Translations under genes and position numbers: made by a program
Notes under the pieces: model-generated
What the model was told of the DNA's origin: nothing
The model's database searches: none
What the model saw: only the letters and a program-made list of their open reading frames with translations
In this document: positions 1 through 7,336 of the stretch, in pieces
Layout of the letters: every line of letters begins with the position of its first letter
Position numbering within the stretch: the first letter of the stretch is position 1
From: Candidatus Zipacnadia bacterium
GTDB taxonomy: Bacteria > Armatimonadota > Zipacnadia > JALGUG01
NCBI GenBank assembly: GCA_029820995.1
Contig: JALGUG010000127.1
Span: 1 to 13,002 of the forward strand
Direction of reading: 5' to 3'
Length of the DNA stretch: 13,002 nucleotides

Positions 1-92
1 ACCGTGCTGATCCGGAAGCCCACGCCCTGCACCAGCCCGGTCACCACAACATGGACCCGGGCCCGCCTCTGCCCCGCAGCCAAGGGAATCAC
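1..92 (-). CDS. Acylphosphatase-domain protein, 5' part only (gene continues beyond left edge); could be stand-alone AcyP or the N-terminal acylphosphatase domain of a HypF-like protein
   Basis: Minus-strand translation from GTG at 92-90 gives VIPLAAGQRRARVHVVVTGLVQGVGFRIST. This matches the acylphosphatase signature [LIV]-x-G-x-V-Q-G-V-x-[FM]-R. A GGAGG lies just upstream, and the gene starts 35 nt downstream of the aminotransferase stop. Open to the window edge, so absent from the ORF track. Confidence 0.5.
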   Translation of the reverse strand, partial: MIPLAAGQRRARVHVVVTGLVQGVGFRIST

Positions 93-127
93 CTGCCTCC
101 GATCGCTCTGCAGCCCTGCCCGGTGCC

Positions 128-1438
128 TTACGGCCGGCGGAAGATCGCCTCCAGCACCGGTCCTTCCAATCGCTCGGCGACGTCACCGCGCCGAATGGCT
201 GCCGCGCAGATCGGTATGGCCTCACGGTACACGTCAAGCGTCCGCTGCACGTCCTCATCGGAGTGCGAATGGCACACGCAGTGCCCGTAGCTCTGAAGCA
301 CTCCGCGCCGCACAACCTCCTGCTGAAACAGTGTCCTCAGCTCCAACCAGTCCGCTCCTCGCTCATCCTTGAAGCCCATTGCCGTTCGCGGCGCCATGCC
401 GTAGCAATACAGATTGCGCTCGATGCCGGCCTCCCGGGAGATCTCGTTCAGGCCGTCTCGCAGCTTCTCGCCTTGACGCCAGATGTGCTCGATCACGTCC
501 TGGCGCCGCAGCTCCGCGATCGTCGCCTTCGCCGCCGCGAGCGACAGACACTCGCCCCCGAAGGTGAACGAGAAGAACACCTCCTCAAACAGGCTCATGA
601 TGTCGGCGCGGCCACAGATGACCGCCAGTGGGAAGCCGTTCGCGATGGCCTTGCCCAGAGCGCACAGGTCGGGAGTCACGCCGAAGTACTCCTGCGCGCC
701 GCCGAGCGCTATCCGGAAGCCGCTCACGACCTCATCAAACACCAGCACGGCGCCCTGTTCCGCCGTCAGTTCGCGCGCTTTCTCTAGATACTCCTTGGAA
801 GGCTCCAAGCCGCCTGCCGGCTCCATAACCACTGCGGCGATGCGCCCGGCGTACTCCCGAAAGAGCCGGTGAAGCGCGTCAATGTCGCCGGGCTCGAAGG
901 CGCATGTCAGCTCGCGCACCGCCTCCGGGACGCCCGCCGCTCTCGTCGTGCTGCCGATATACCAGTCTTGCCAGCCGTGGTAGCCTGAACAGGCAATGAT
1001 GTCCCGGCCCGTGTACGCCCGCGCGACGCGCACCGCGGCCGCAGTGGCGTCCGACCCGTTCTTGCCGAAGCGGACCATCTCGGCGCAGGGCACGATCTCG
1101 CAGATCAGCTCACTGACCTCCACCTCCAGCGGGTGGGCCAGCGATAGAATGCTGCCCTTGCCGAGCTGCTCGCGGACCGCCTCGTCCACCGCCGGATACG
1201 CGTAGCCCAGGATGATCGGCCCGAGACCCATCAAGTAGTCAATGTACTCATTGCCGTCCACGTCCCAGACATGAGACCCCTGGCCTCGTTCCAGGAAGTT
1301 CGGCGACACATGCTCCACAAACTGCGTCGGGCACTTGCTGAACGTCTGCGAGCACACGGGCACGACCCTCTTTGCCCGCTCCAGCAGTGCTCGGTTGCGC
1401 TCCAGAGGCCTGCGCCCGCCCTCCCGCCATATCACCAC
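128..1438 (-). CDS. Class-III PLP-dependent aminotransferase, glutamate-1-semialdehyde 2,1-aminomutase (HemL)-like
   Basis: 436-aa ORF. It is similar along its length to HemL/GSA-AT (GSHVWDVDGNEYIDY..., EMVRFGKNGSDAT, GYHGW, FDEVVSGFR, and PLP-lysine context LGKAIANGFPLA). GTG start at 1438 overlaps the stop (TGA 1434-1432) of the upstream gene (GTGA coupling). AAAGGCAGGG SD-like sequence upstream. Confidence 0.85.
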   Translation of the reverse strand: MVIWREGGRRPLERNRALLERAKRVVPVCSQTFSKCPTQFVEHVSPNFLERGQGSHVWDVDGNEYIDYLMGLGPIILGYAYPAVDEAVREQLGKGSILSLAHPLEVEVSELICEIVPCAEMVRFGKNGSDATAAAVRVARAYTGRDIIACSGYHGWQDWYIGSTTRAAGVPEAVRELTCAFEPGDIDALHRLFREYAGRIAAVVMEPAGGLEPSKEYLEKARELTAEQGAVLVFDEVVSGFRIALGGAQEYFGVTPDLCALGKAIANGFPLAVICGRADIMSLFEEVFFSFTFGGECLSLAAAKATIAELRRQDVIEHIWRQGEKLRDGLNEISREAGIERNLYCYGMAPRTAMGFKDERGADWLELRTLFQQEVVRRGVLQSYGHCVCHSHSDEDVQRTLDVYREAIPICAAAIRRGDVAERLEGPVLEAIFRRP

Positions 1439-1893
1439 TTCAGCCCTGCCTTTCGGAGCAGTTCCAGCGAGGCCTGGTTGTACTCCAGCGAGGGTCCCAG
1501 AGCGATCAAGGCCCGCGGCCAGCGGCGCCGCTCCAAGAAGATGATCAACCGCTTCCCCCGGTGATACTTGAGCGGCACCAACCGGCCCCCCTTCGTCGCG
1601 TCCGGTGAGTTGAACACAATCGGGTGGTCCACCTTGGCGCGATCCAGCCGAGGCGTCCCGGCCAGCATCTCGACTACCTTATACTCCACTCGCTGCGACA
1701 CCCACTGTGAGCCGCTAAAGCGCCTGGGCGGCGGCCCGACTCGCATGATCTGCCCCACCAGGATCAGGTCCGCCCTATCCACCATTCCCTGCACCCGATT
1801 CAGCTCTTGCTTCCCCGTTGCTTCGCCCTCGGCGGCCGGCACGCCGCAGCACAACACGCAGCACAGCAGACCTGCACATAAGATCCTAGTCAC
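1432..1893 (-). CDS. Hypothetical secreted protein (signal peptide), first gene of a three-gene minus-strand operon; the open frame extends upstream to 2178, so the start is uncertain
   Basis: Open frame 1432-2178. A GTG at 1893-1891, preceded by GAGGAG, yields an N-terminus (V/M)TRILCAGLLCCVLCCGVPAAEG that looks like a signal peptide. The upstream extension would run into the AT-rich divergent promoter and lacks an RBS. The stop overlaps the start of the aminotransferase. No recognisable domain. Confidence 0.5.
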   Translation of the reverse strand: MTRILCAGLLCCVLCCGVPAAEGEATGKQELNRVQGMVDRADLILVGQIMRVGPPPRRFSGSQWVSQRVEYKVVEMLAGTPRLDRAKVDHPIVFNSPDATKGGRLVPLKYHRGKRLIIFLERRRWPRALIALGPSLEYNQASLELLRKAGLKW

Positions 1894-2111
1894 GGTGCTC
1901 GCTCCTCGCCGCAAGTGATCGCCTTCCTTCCAGCCTACTGGAACACTCCTTCCGCGCGCACCCGCCGTGGTCCTGCCGCCCGGCGATTCCAACCCCGCGG
2001 CCGCGGTTTGGCCTAAACGTAACGCTCCTAACAATACTCGTGTGACCATCGGGATATAAGTAATATAGTTACGTATCGAAACGGACAGAGAAGCCAAAGG
2101 GGGAGGAACAC

Positions 2112-2438
2112 GTGACGTCCACCAACCGCACAGGACTGACTGCAGCCATAGCAGTGTTGACACTGATCGGCGCTTCACTGGCCTTGGCCTCGAGCGCTAC
2201 GCCATTGAACTATCTCACCGAGCCGGGCGTGGCTGGTACCGGCATTCGGGCACCGCTCGCCTTCGGGCAGACGTTGTACTTCGGAACCGAGCCGGGAGTA
2301 ATGCTCACACCTGGGCCGCAAGGTGTTGAGCACAAGGCGGCACATTTTGATGTGACCCGGCAGGACCTTGCCGGAGAGCGGCACGAAGCGTGGACTGCCC
2401 ACGTGGGGGACTGGCACCTCTACCCGACCGACTGGTAA
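2112..2438 (+). CDS. Small secreted protein (108 aa) with internal TEPGV...TEPGV repeat; unknown function
   Basis: GTG start at 2112, preceded by a very strong RBS AAAGGGGGAGGAACAC. N-terminus MTSTNRTGLTAAIAVLTLIGASLALASS is a classic signal peptide (AxA cleavage site). Divergent from the 1893-start gene. Confidence 0.6.
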   Translation: MTSTNRTGLTAAIAVLTLIGASLALASSATPLNYLTEPGVAGTGIRAPLAFGQTLYFGTEPGVMLTPGPQGVEHKAAHFDVTRQDLAGERHEAWTAHVGDWHLYPTDW

Positions 2439-2472
2439 CTCAGGCTTCTCCATACCCCCCTGGAGAGCGAGT

Positions 2473-2500
2473 GAACGGGGCGCCGCGAGGCGTCCCGTTC
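2473..2500 (+). terminator. Candidate stem-loop terminator between convergent genes (weak U-tract)
   Basis: GAACGGGGCGCC (2473-2484) pairs with GGCGTCCCGTTC (2489-2500), 12 bp with one G-U, loop GCGA. It is followed by GCCGTTCTCAG. It lies in the 104-nt gap between the 2438 stop (+) and the 2543 stop (-). Confidence 0.35.
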
Positions 2501-2542
2501 GCCGTTCTCAGAAGGCCCCCGTGGTTGAACAGCGGCCCGCCC

Positions 2543-3553
2543 TCAGTCGCCTTCGGCCACTCGGCGGAGCACCTCGTAATCCTCAGTGCCGAAGGCGCCG
2601 ACGTGAAAGATGCACACTCCACCGGCGCCGCGCTCACGGGCGAACTCGATCTGGCGCTCCATCTGCTCGGGCGTATTCTCGCCCAGGCTGCTCTTGCGGC
2701 CAATGCCCACTAGCAGCGGCACGTCGCAGCCCGCCAAAAGGCGCTGATGATCGTCAACGAAGCGCTGGAATCGCTCGAAACAGGGGTTGTATGACATGGG
2801 GCAGACGAAGTCCAGCAGCCCTTCATGGCACCACGCAACCCAGTCTTGCCCCTCGCAAACAGCATCCTTGAGATAGCGCGCCCGTGCCGCCAACGACAGC
2901 GCCAGGCCATTTCCGTGTACGCGTTCCACAATGCCGGCCAGCAAACGGCGCACGAAGCGCCCGCGCATCTCGATCTCCTTGAAGCGCACGCCGGGCCGCG
3001 CCCAGTCCTCCTCGGAGATGGTCTCGTGCCCCAGCCACTGCTTCCGCGCCGCTCGGCATCGCTCGCAAACGCACGGGTGCGCGTCCAGGAAGGCCTCGGC
3101 ATTGGGATAGCGCATGTAGTCCAGGTGAATCCCATCCGGCGCATAGTCTCGCAGCAGTCCGTCCAGGACTCGCCAGATGAACTCTAGGTTCTCCTCCCAC
3201 GCCGGGCACGGCCAGTTCCGAGCCCAGCTCGGGACATCATCCCCGGAAGCGCCCGGATCGTACAGACCCGCTGGGCCTTCAGACGAACGCGCCCCCACTG
3301 CCCCCAGCCCCAGGATCGGATGCACCTGCACGCCGGCCTCTCGGCCCGCCTCCAGACATAGCCCGAGCAGGTCGCGCTCGGGCGCCCCCAGAGCCTCCGA
3401 GCGGAAGTACCATTTTCCGTGCGTGAGCACGAAGGGAAAATAGCTCTCCACGCCGACCTCGGCCAGCCGTGCGAAGAAGTCCCTGATGTTCGCTGCCGTG
3501 TCCCGGCCCACGGGAAATTCGGAGTACGGATGCGCCCAAACCGCGATCCTCAC
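2543..3553 (-). CDS. Glycoside hydrolase-like TIM-barrel protein (GHL10 / DUF187-like family)
   Basis: 336-aa ORF with GTG start at 3553 (GAGGGG upstream). The motif DGIHLDYMRYPN resembles the GHL10 family DGIHLDYIRYP block. A Cys cluster HPCVCERCR follows. 59 nt downstream of the polytopic membrane protein gene on the same strand. Confidence 0.6.
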   Translation of the reverse strand: MRIAVWAHPYSEFPVGRDTAANIRDFFARLAEVGVESYFPFVLTHGKWYFRSEALGAPERDLLGLCLEAGREAGVQVHPILGLGAVGARSSEGPAGLYDPGASGDDVPSWARNWPCPAWEENLEFIWRVLDGLLRDYAPDGIHLDYMRYPNAEAFLDAHPCVCERCRAARKQWLGHETISEEDWARPGVRFKEIEMRGRFVRRLLAGIVERVHGNGLALSLAARARYLKDAVCEGQDWVAWCHEGLLDFVCPMSYNPCFERFQRFVDDHQRLLAGCDVPLLVGIGRKSSLGENTPEQMERQIEFARERGAGGVCIFHVGAFGTEDYEVLRRVAEGD

Positions 3554-3612
3554 AGCTCATCGCCCCTCAGCGCCGCCCCGCTGACGTTGTCATACGCTGC
3601 AACCAGTGGTCG

Positions 3613-5592
3613 CTACCCAAAGTAGACGTAATACCGCTGCGCCGCCTCGCCCCCGAAGGCGCCGATGATGCCCCAGGCGATGCCCGCCGTGAAGAAGTGG
3701 CCCAAAGCGAAGCCCAGAAAGCCCGGGATCAGCATCCGGTAAGTGCGCATCCCGCCCAGCTTGAACACCAGGCTCTTGATGATCCACACCAGGAAGAAGG
3801 AACCCCACACCAGTTCCGGGTAGGACATACTGATCCCGAAGGCCAGCGGATGCAGGGGAAAGCGCAGCAGCACCGTGCGGATCAGCACCAGGATGCTGGT
3901 GAACAGAAAGCCCCAGGCGGTCATCACTGTGCGGGAGACGTCCGGCGCTTGCGGCGCCAGCGCGTAGTCCGCCAGGCGGTTGTACTCGGCCCGCGACAGA
4001 CCCGTGCCCCAGCCCCCGCCGATCCCGGACCCGTACTCGTACCAGGCGTCCAGGTGGAGCCAGTACGCGAACGCGATGCCCACGATCAGCGCCAGAATCA
4101 GCAGCCACGTCATGGCCTTCGGCTTGATCCCCGTCTGCTGCCCCAGCCGGAACGAATCGATCTGGTAGCCCATCAGGGCCGGGTAGTATCCTCGAGACAG
4201 CCAGACCAGGCTCGTCAGGATCGTCAGCGTGGACCAGCTCCCGCGCACCTGCAGCACACGGCTGCCGAGCAGATAGGTCATGGACTTATAGGCCTGGTAG
4301 TACGGGAACGACCAGATCTGGGGGATACCCGTCTCGGCACGGACGCGCGTCTGGGTGAAGGCCACCGCCAGAATCAGCCCCAGGTACATAGCTGCGACCC
4401 ACAGGGCCATGCCCGAGTACACGCACCATCCCAGCAGGAACGCCAGCCCCGCTATCAGCAACACCAGTGCCGTTCGATAGGACAGCGGCTCGTCCCGGTC
4501 CTCCACGTCCGGCGCGTTGAGCAGCGCCTTGCGGAAGAAATCAGCCACCTGGCGGCGGCCGATCCAGAGCAGGAAAATGGCCATCGCTACGTACGCCCCC
4601 AGCGCCTGCTCCTGGGCGTGGGGGAAGCCGGCTCGCTCGTAGCCCATGACGCCGGCTCCCAGCCCCTCCAGCTTCATCAGGAAGTAGAACACCCAGATAC
4701 TCAGAGCGACCTCGGTGCTCACCAGGTATCCGAACCCGATCATGTCGGGCCGGTAGTGCAGTGACATGGGCCGCAGATAGCTGAGCGGGCGGTCAACGAA
4801 CAGCGCGCCGATATTGTAGTACTTGCCCAGGCACTTGATCGCGGGGTTGTAGGCGTTGGCAATGTTCGCGATGTTGTAGATCGCCGCGAGCCCGAAACCG
4901 ATCCACATCAGCCGATTCTTGAGGAAGCTCCCCAGGAGTGCCCGCGTGTCGAGGCCCTCCGTCAGCTCCAGTGGCAGATACAGAATCGGGAAGGTCAGCT
5001 TCTCCTTCTCCACCCACTGGCGCCGCACGAGCACGATCAGGCACATCATCACGATCCATAGCGCCAGGAAGAACAGCAGCCACAGTCCCAGCGAGGGCAG
5101 CCACGCCATCCACGGAACCTCCCCGTGCGCACTGCCCTCGTAGAGCTGGCGGATCACCTCCGGGTTCTGGGGCAGCCACCACGAAGGGATGTACTGCCAA
5201 TACTCCTGGTAGCCGTTCTCCGGAGTCGCGAAGTAGAACAGCGCCGGCGTGGTCGTCAGGAAGAACCGCACCACGCCCGGTCCCGCCGTGGACACGGCCA
5301 CGACGATGAAGCAGTAGATTAGCAGCACCTCGGTACGCCGCAGCGCCAGCCGTCCCCACAACCGTCGCACAAAGGGGTTAATCAGAGCCAGCGCGATCAG
5401 CACCGCCACCGCGGGCACGGCCGGCACGCTTTCCGTGATCTGACAGAAAAACTCTACGACCTCGGACTTCTGAATCCACAGCGCGCAGGGCACCATCAAC
5501 AGAACTGCCAGGATCAGGCTGCGTGCCGTCAGTCCCGCGAGGCGCGGTTCAGCTCCCTTCTCCGGCTCCACCTGTTCTATTGCCTTGGCCAT
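3613..5592 (-). CDS. Large polytopic integral membrane protein (about 660 aa, more than 12 predicted TM helices), family not recognised
   Basis: Long ORF with hydrophobic helices along its whole length. Three candidate starts: ATG 5592 (MAKAIEQ...), ATG 5613 and TTG 5628; 5592 chosen because it precedes the first TM segment. Stop TAG at 3615-3613. Confidence 0.7.
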   Translation of the reverse strand: MAKAIEQVEPEKGAEPRLAGLTARSLILAVLLMVPCALWIQKSEVVEFFCQITESVPAVPAVAVLIALALINPFVRRLWGRLALRRTEVLLIYCFIVVAVSTAGPGVVRFFLTTTPALFYFATPENGYQEYWQYIPSWWLPQNPEVIRQLYEGSAHGEVPWMAWLPSLGLWLLFFLALWIVMMCLIVLVRRQWVEKEKLTFPILYLPLELTEGLDTRALLGSFLKNRLMWIGFGLAAIYNIANIANAYNPAIKCLGKYYNIGALFVDRPLSYLRPMSLHYRPDMIGFGYLVSTEVALSIWVFYFLMKLEGLGAGVMGYERAGFPHAQEQALGAYVAMAIFLLWIGRRQVADFFRKALLNAPDVEDRDEPLSYRTALVLLIAGLAFLLGWCVYSGMALWVAAMYLGLILAVAFTQTRVRAETGIPQIWSFPYYQAYKSMTYLLGSRVLQVRGSWSTLTILTSLVWLSRGYYPALMGYQIDSFRLGQQTGIKPKAMTWLLILALIVGIAFAYWLHLDAWYEYGSGIGGGWGTGLSRAEYNRLADYALAPQAPDVSRTVMTAWGFLFTSILVLIRTVLLRFPLHPLAFGISMSYPELVWGSFFLVWIIKSLVFKLGGMRTYRMLIPGFLGFALGHFFTAGIAWGIIGAFGGEAAQRYYVYFG

Positions 5593-5789
5593 CGGAACAC
5601 CAATACGATTCATTCTCAAGCACGGCAACTTGCCTGTTCGCTCATTCCCGCGTCAGACCTCTTCATGGCCGGGCAGGACTTGACCGCGGCCGGGCAGAAA
5701 TAGGCCCCGTAGAGGCACCGGGCCGATGTTGCTCGCAGCACTGGGGCGGCGCTCGTTGCTCGGTGCATATCGTGCCTTTGCGGAGTGGA

Positions 5790-6758
5790 ATGATGCTGCC
5801 GAAATCAGTCTGCGCTCTTGTGGTCCTCATTGTGATCTGTCTCGCCGTGGTCGCCGGCTGCGGCGGTGACAGCGGGTTCGCCGGCGATCAGCCCGCCCCG
5901 GCGGCACAGGGAGACTGGCAGATTGATCTGACTGTCGGCTCCCTCGGATCGGGCCTCGGCGAGTTCGACGACCCGCGCGGCGTGGCGGTTTCCGCCGGTC
6001 GAGACGTCTATGTCAGCGATCGCAACAACGACCGCATCCAGGTCCTCTCCAGCGACGGAACCTTCCGCTTCAGCTTTGGCGTGCGCGGCTCCGGTCCCGG
6101 CGAACTGAAAAGGCCCGAAGGCCTCGCGATCTCCGGCAATAGCCTGTTCGTGGCGGACAGCGGCAACCGGCGCGTCCAGGAGTTCGACCTGGAAGGCGGG
6201 TTCCGCCGGCAGATCGGCAGTGCCGGCTCTGGGCCGGGCGAGTTCCTCCGCCCGACCTACTTGGGCCTCGCGCCCGGCGGGGAGCTGATGGTCGCCGACG
6301 GTGACCTCGACCGGGTGCAGGTGTTCACGCCGACCGGTGACTTCGTGGCCGCCTTCGGAACGTTCGGGAACGGGCCCGGCGAGTTCCAGGGGGTCGCCGG
6401 TCTTGCCGGCGGAGGAACCTCGATCTTCGTCGCCGACGAGCTGGGCCACCGCGTGGAACGCTTCTCCCTCACGCGCGTCTTTCAGGCCGCCTTCGGCTGG
6501 GAGGGGGATGACTTCGGACAGCTCAAAAACCCCCGTGGCCTGGTGGCGCTGGCCGACGACACCGTTCTCGTCGTCGAGGGCGGTAACGACCGCGTACAAC
6601 AATTCAGCGCAACGGGTGTGCCGTTGCGCTGGTTTGGTGGTACGGGGAGCGCTGCTGGGGCCTTTTCCGGCCCGACTCACATTGCGCTCGATGGGCAAAC
6701 TCGCGTATACGTATCCGATTCGGGCAACAACCGCATTCAGCGGTTCGTGCGTAACTAG
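5790..6758 (+). CDS. NHL-repeat (six-bladed beta-propeller) lipoprotein
   Basis: ATG at 5790 with GGAG 4 nt upstream. N-terminus MMLPKSVCALVVLIVICLAVVAGC has signal peptide plus lipobox VAGC. There are six repeats of the NHL pattern (for example GEFDDPRGVAVSAGRDVYVSDRNNDRIQVL and GELKRPEGLAISGNSLFVADSGNRRVQEF). The 5523 start in the ORF track would overlap the opposite-strand membrane protein N-terminus and is rejected. Confidence 0.85.
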   Translation: MMLPKSVCALVVLIVICLAVVAGCGGDSGFAGDQPAPAAQGDWQIDLTVGSLGSGLGEFDDPRGVAVSAGRDVYVSDRNNDRIQVLSSDGTFRFSFGVRGSGPGELKRPEGLAISGNSLFVADSGNRRVQEFDLEGGFRRQIGSAGSGPGEFLRPTYLGLAPGGELMVADGDLDRVQVFTPTGDFVAAFGTFGNGPGEFQGVAGLAGGGTSIFVADELGHRVERFSLTRVFQAAFGWEGDDFGQLKNPRGLVALADDTVLVVEGGNDRVQQFSATGVPLRWFGGTGSAAGAFSGPTHIALDGQTRVYVSDSGNNRIQRFVRN

Positions 6759-6762
6759 CCCG

Positions 6763-7011
6763 CTACCGGGGCTCTGCTGTCACCGTGTGCTCTTTGCGAT
6801 ACAGCGTCCGCAGATGCAGGTGGCGCCAGCAGTACTCGTCGTCCCCGGGCGCTGCCGGATCGCCGCACACCTTGCATACCGGATGACCCCACCGACGGAG
6901 GTTGATCCGGGCCGCTTTCACAAGATCCACCAGCATGGAGAGCAGCAGAACAACGGTTGCGAAGCCCATGCCGACAATCAAGCTCAACAACGCCACTTGT
7001 ATTGGGCTCAT
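6763..7011 (-). CDS. Small (82 aa) membrane-anchored Cys-rich protein (one TM helix plus CxxC-x10-CxxH putative metal-binding motif)
   Basis: ATG 7011 is preceded by strong RBS AAGGAGAGGAG. The N-terminal TM helix is ALLSLIVGMGFATVVLLLSMLV. C-terminal motif HPVCKVCGDPAAPGDDEYCWRH. Convergent with the NHL gene, only 4 nt between the two stops. Confidence 0.5.
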   Translation of the reverse strand: MSPIQVALLSLIVGMGFATVVLLLSMLVDLVKAARINLRRWGHPVCKVCGDPAAPGDDEYCWRHLHLRTLYRKEHTVTAEPR

Positions 7012-7336
7012 GGCTCCTCTCCTTACGAACGTGCTTCGATATTTCTCTTGCCGTCTGTGTATGTCTAGAATGTAAATTTTTCGTTGCGGTCATCTTACCG
7101 TCCAACTGAATTCCGCCGCTGGAGCCCCATTATTGGCCCAAAAGGGGCCTTGCGCAATTGTAACGGCCGCCCTTGCGGTCCGTAACAGACCCGTAACTTG
7201 TGGGCTCCACGGGCCGTGTAGGACGGATATCGAACCTCCCAGAGCAGAACTGCTGCTGCCGGCAATCCGCAAATGTCGGCCACTGGTGCGAATGCCGAGC
7301 GAGAAACGATAGTAAAGCTGTGAGAGAAATCACACG
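7012..7336 (+). promoter_or_regulatory. Long divergent intergenic region: AT-rich promoter zone (7040-7095) plus candidate structured leader upstream of the oxidoreductase gene
   Basis: 325 nt non-coding in a high-GC genome. AT-rich block TGTCTAGAATGTAAATTTTTCG. Downstream, nested complementarity: CCGTCC 7098-7103 pairs with GGACGG 7221-7226; TGGAGCCC 7120-7127 pairs with GGGCTCCA 7202-7209. Between them lie two local hairpins, GGCCC-AAAA-GGGCC (7136-7149) and ACGGCCGC/GCGG(t)CCGT (7163-7183). Confidence 0.3.

Noticed and set aside
4-372. ORF 4-372 (+) and 51-290 (+) at the left edge
   Set aside because: They are antisense to the aminotransferase 3' end and the acylphosphatase start, with no RBS and a low-complexity product.
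1894-2178. Upstream extension of the 1432-2178 ORF
   Set aside because: It would run through the AT-rich divergent promoter and inverted repeat, and end 63 nt from the opposite-strand start. The GTG at 1893 has an SD and produces a signal peptide.
3697-4764. Long ORFs antisense to real genes (3697-4764 +, 5805-6698 -, 10679-11746 +, 7847-8485 -, 7130-7813 -, 8649-9245 +, 8875-9450 +, 11238-11711 - and others)
   Set aside because: Each lies entirely inside, and antisense to, a gene with clear family similarity. The products are low-complexity and Arg/Ala/Pro-rich, as expected from stop-codon depletion in a ~67% GC genome. None has an RBS.
5523-5789. Upstream extension of the NHL-repeat ORF (start 5523)
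   Set aside because: It overlaps the N-terminus of the opposite-strand membrane protein. The ATG at 5790 gives a canonical signal peptide and lipobox with an SD.
7222-7236. TTCGAACC-like sequence suggestive of a tRNA T-loop
   Set aside because: No acceptor-stem or anticodon-arm pairing in the surrounding sequence; no tRNA cloverleaf can be drawn.
7255-7290. Weak resemblance to cobalamin-riboswitch blocks (AATCCG, CCGCAAATGT, GCCACTG)
   Set aside because: Only fragments of the consensus are present. There is no GGGAAGGC or B12-box, the spacing is wrong, and the downstream gene is not a typical B12-regulated function.
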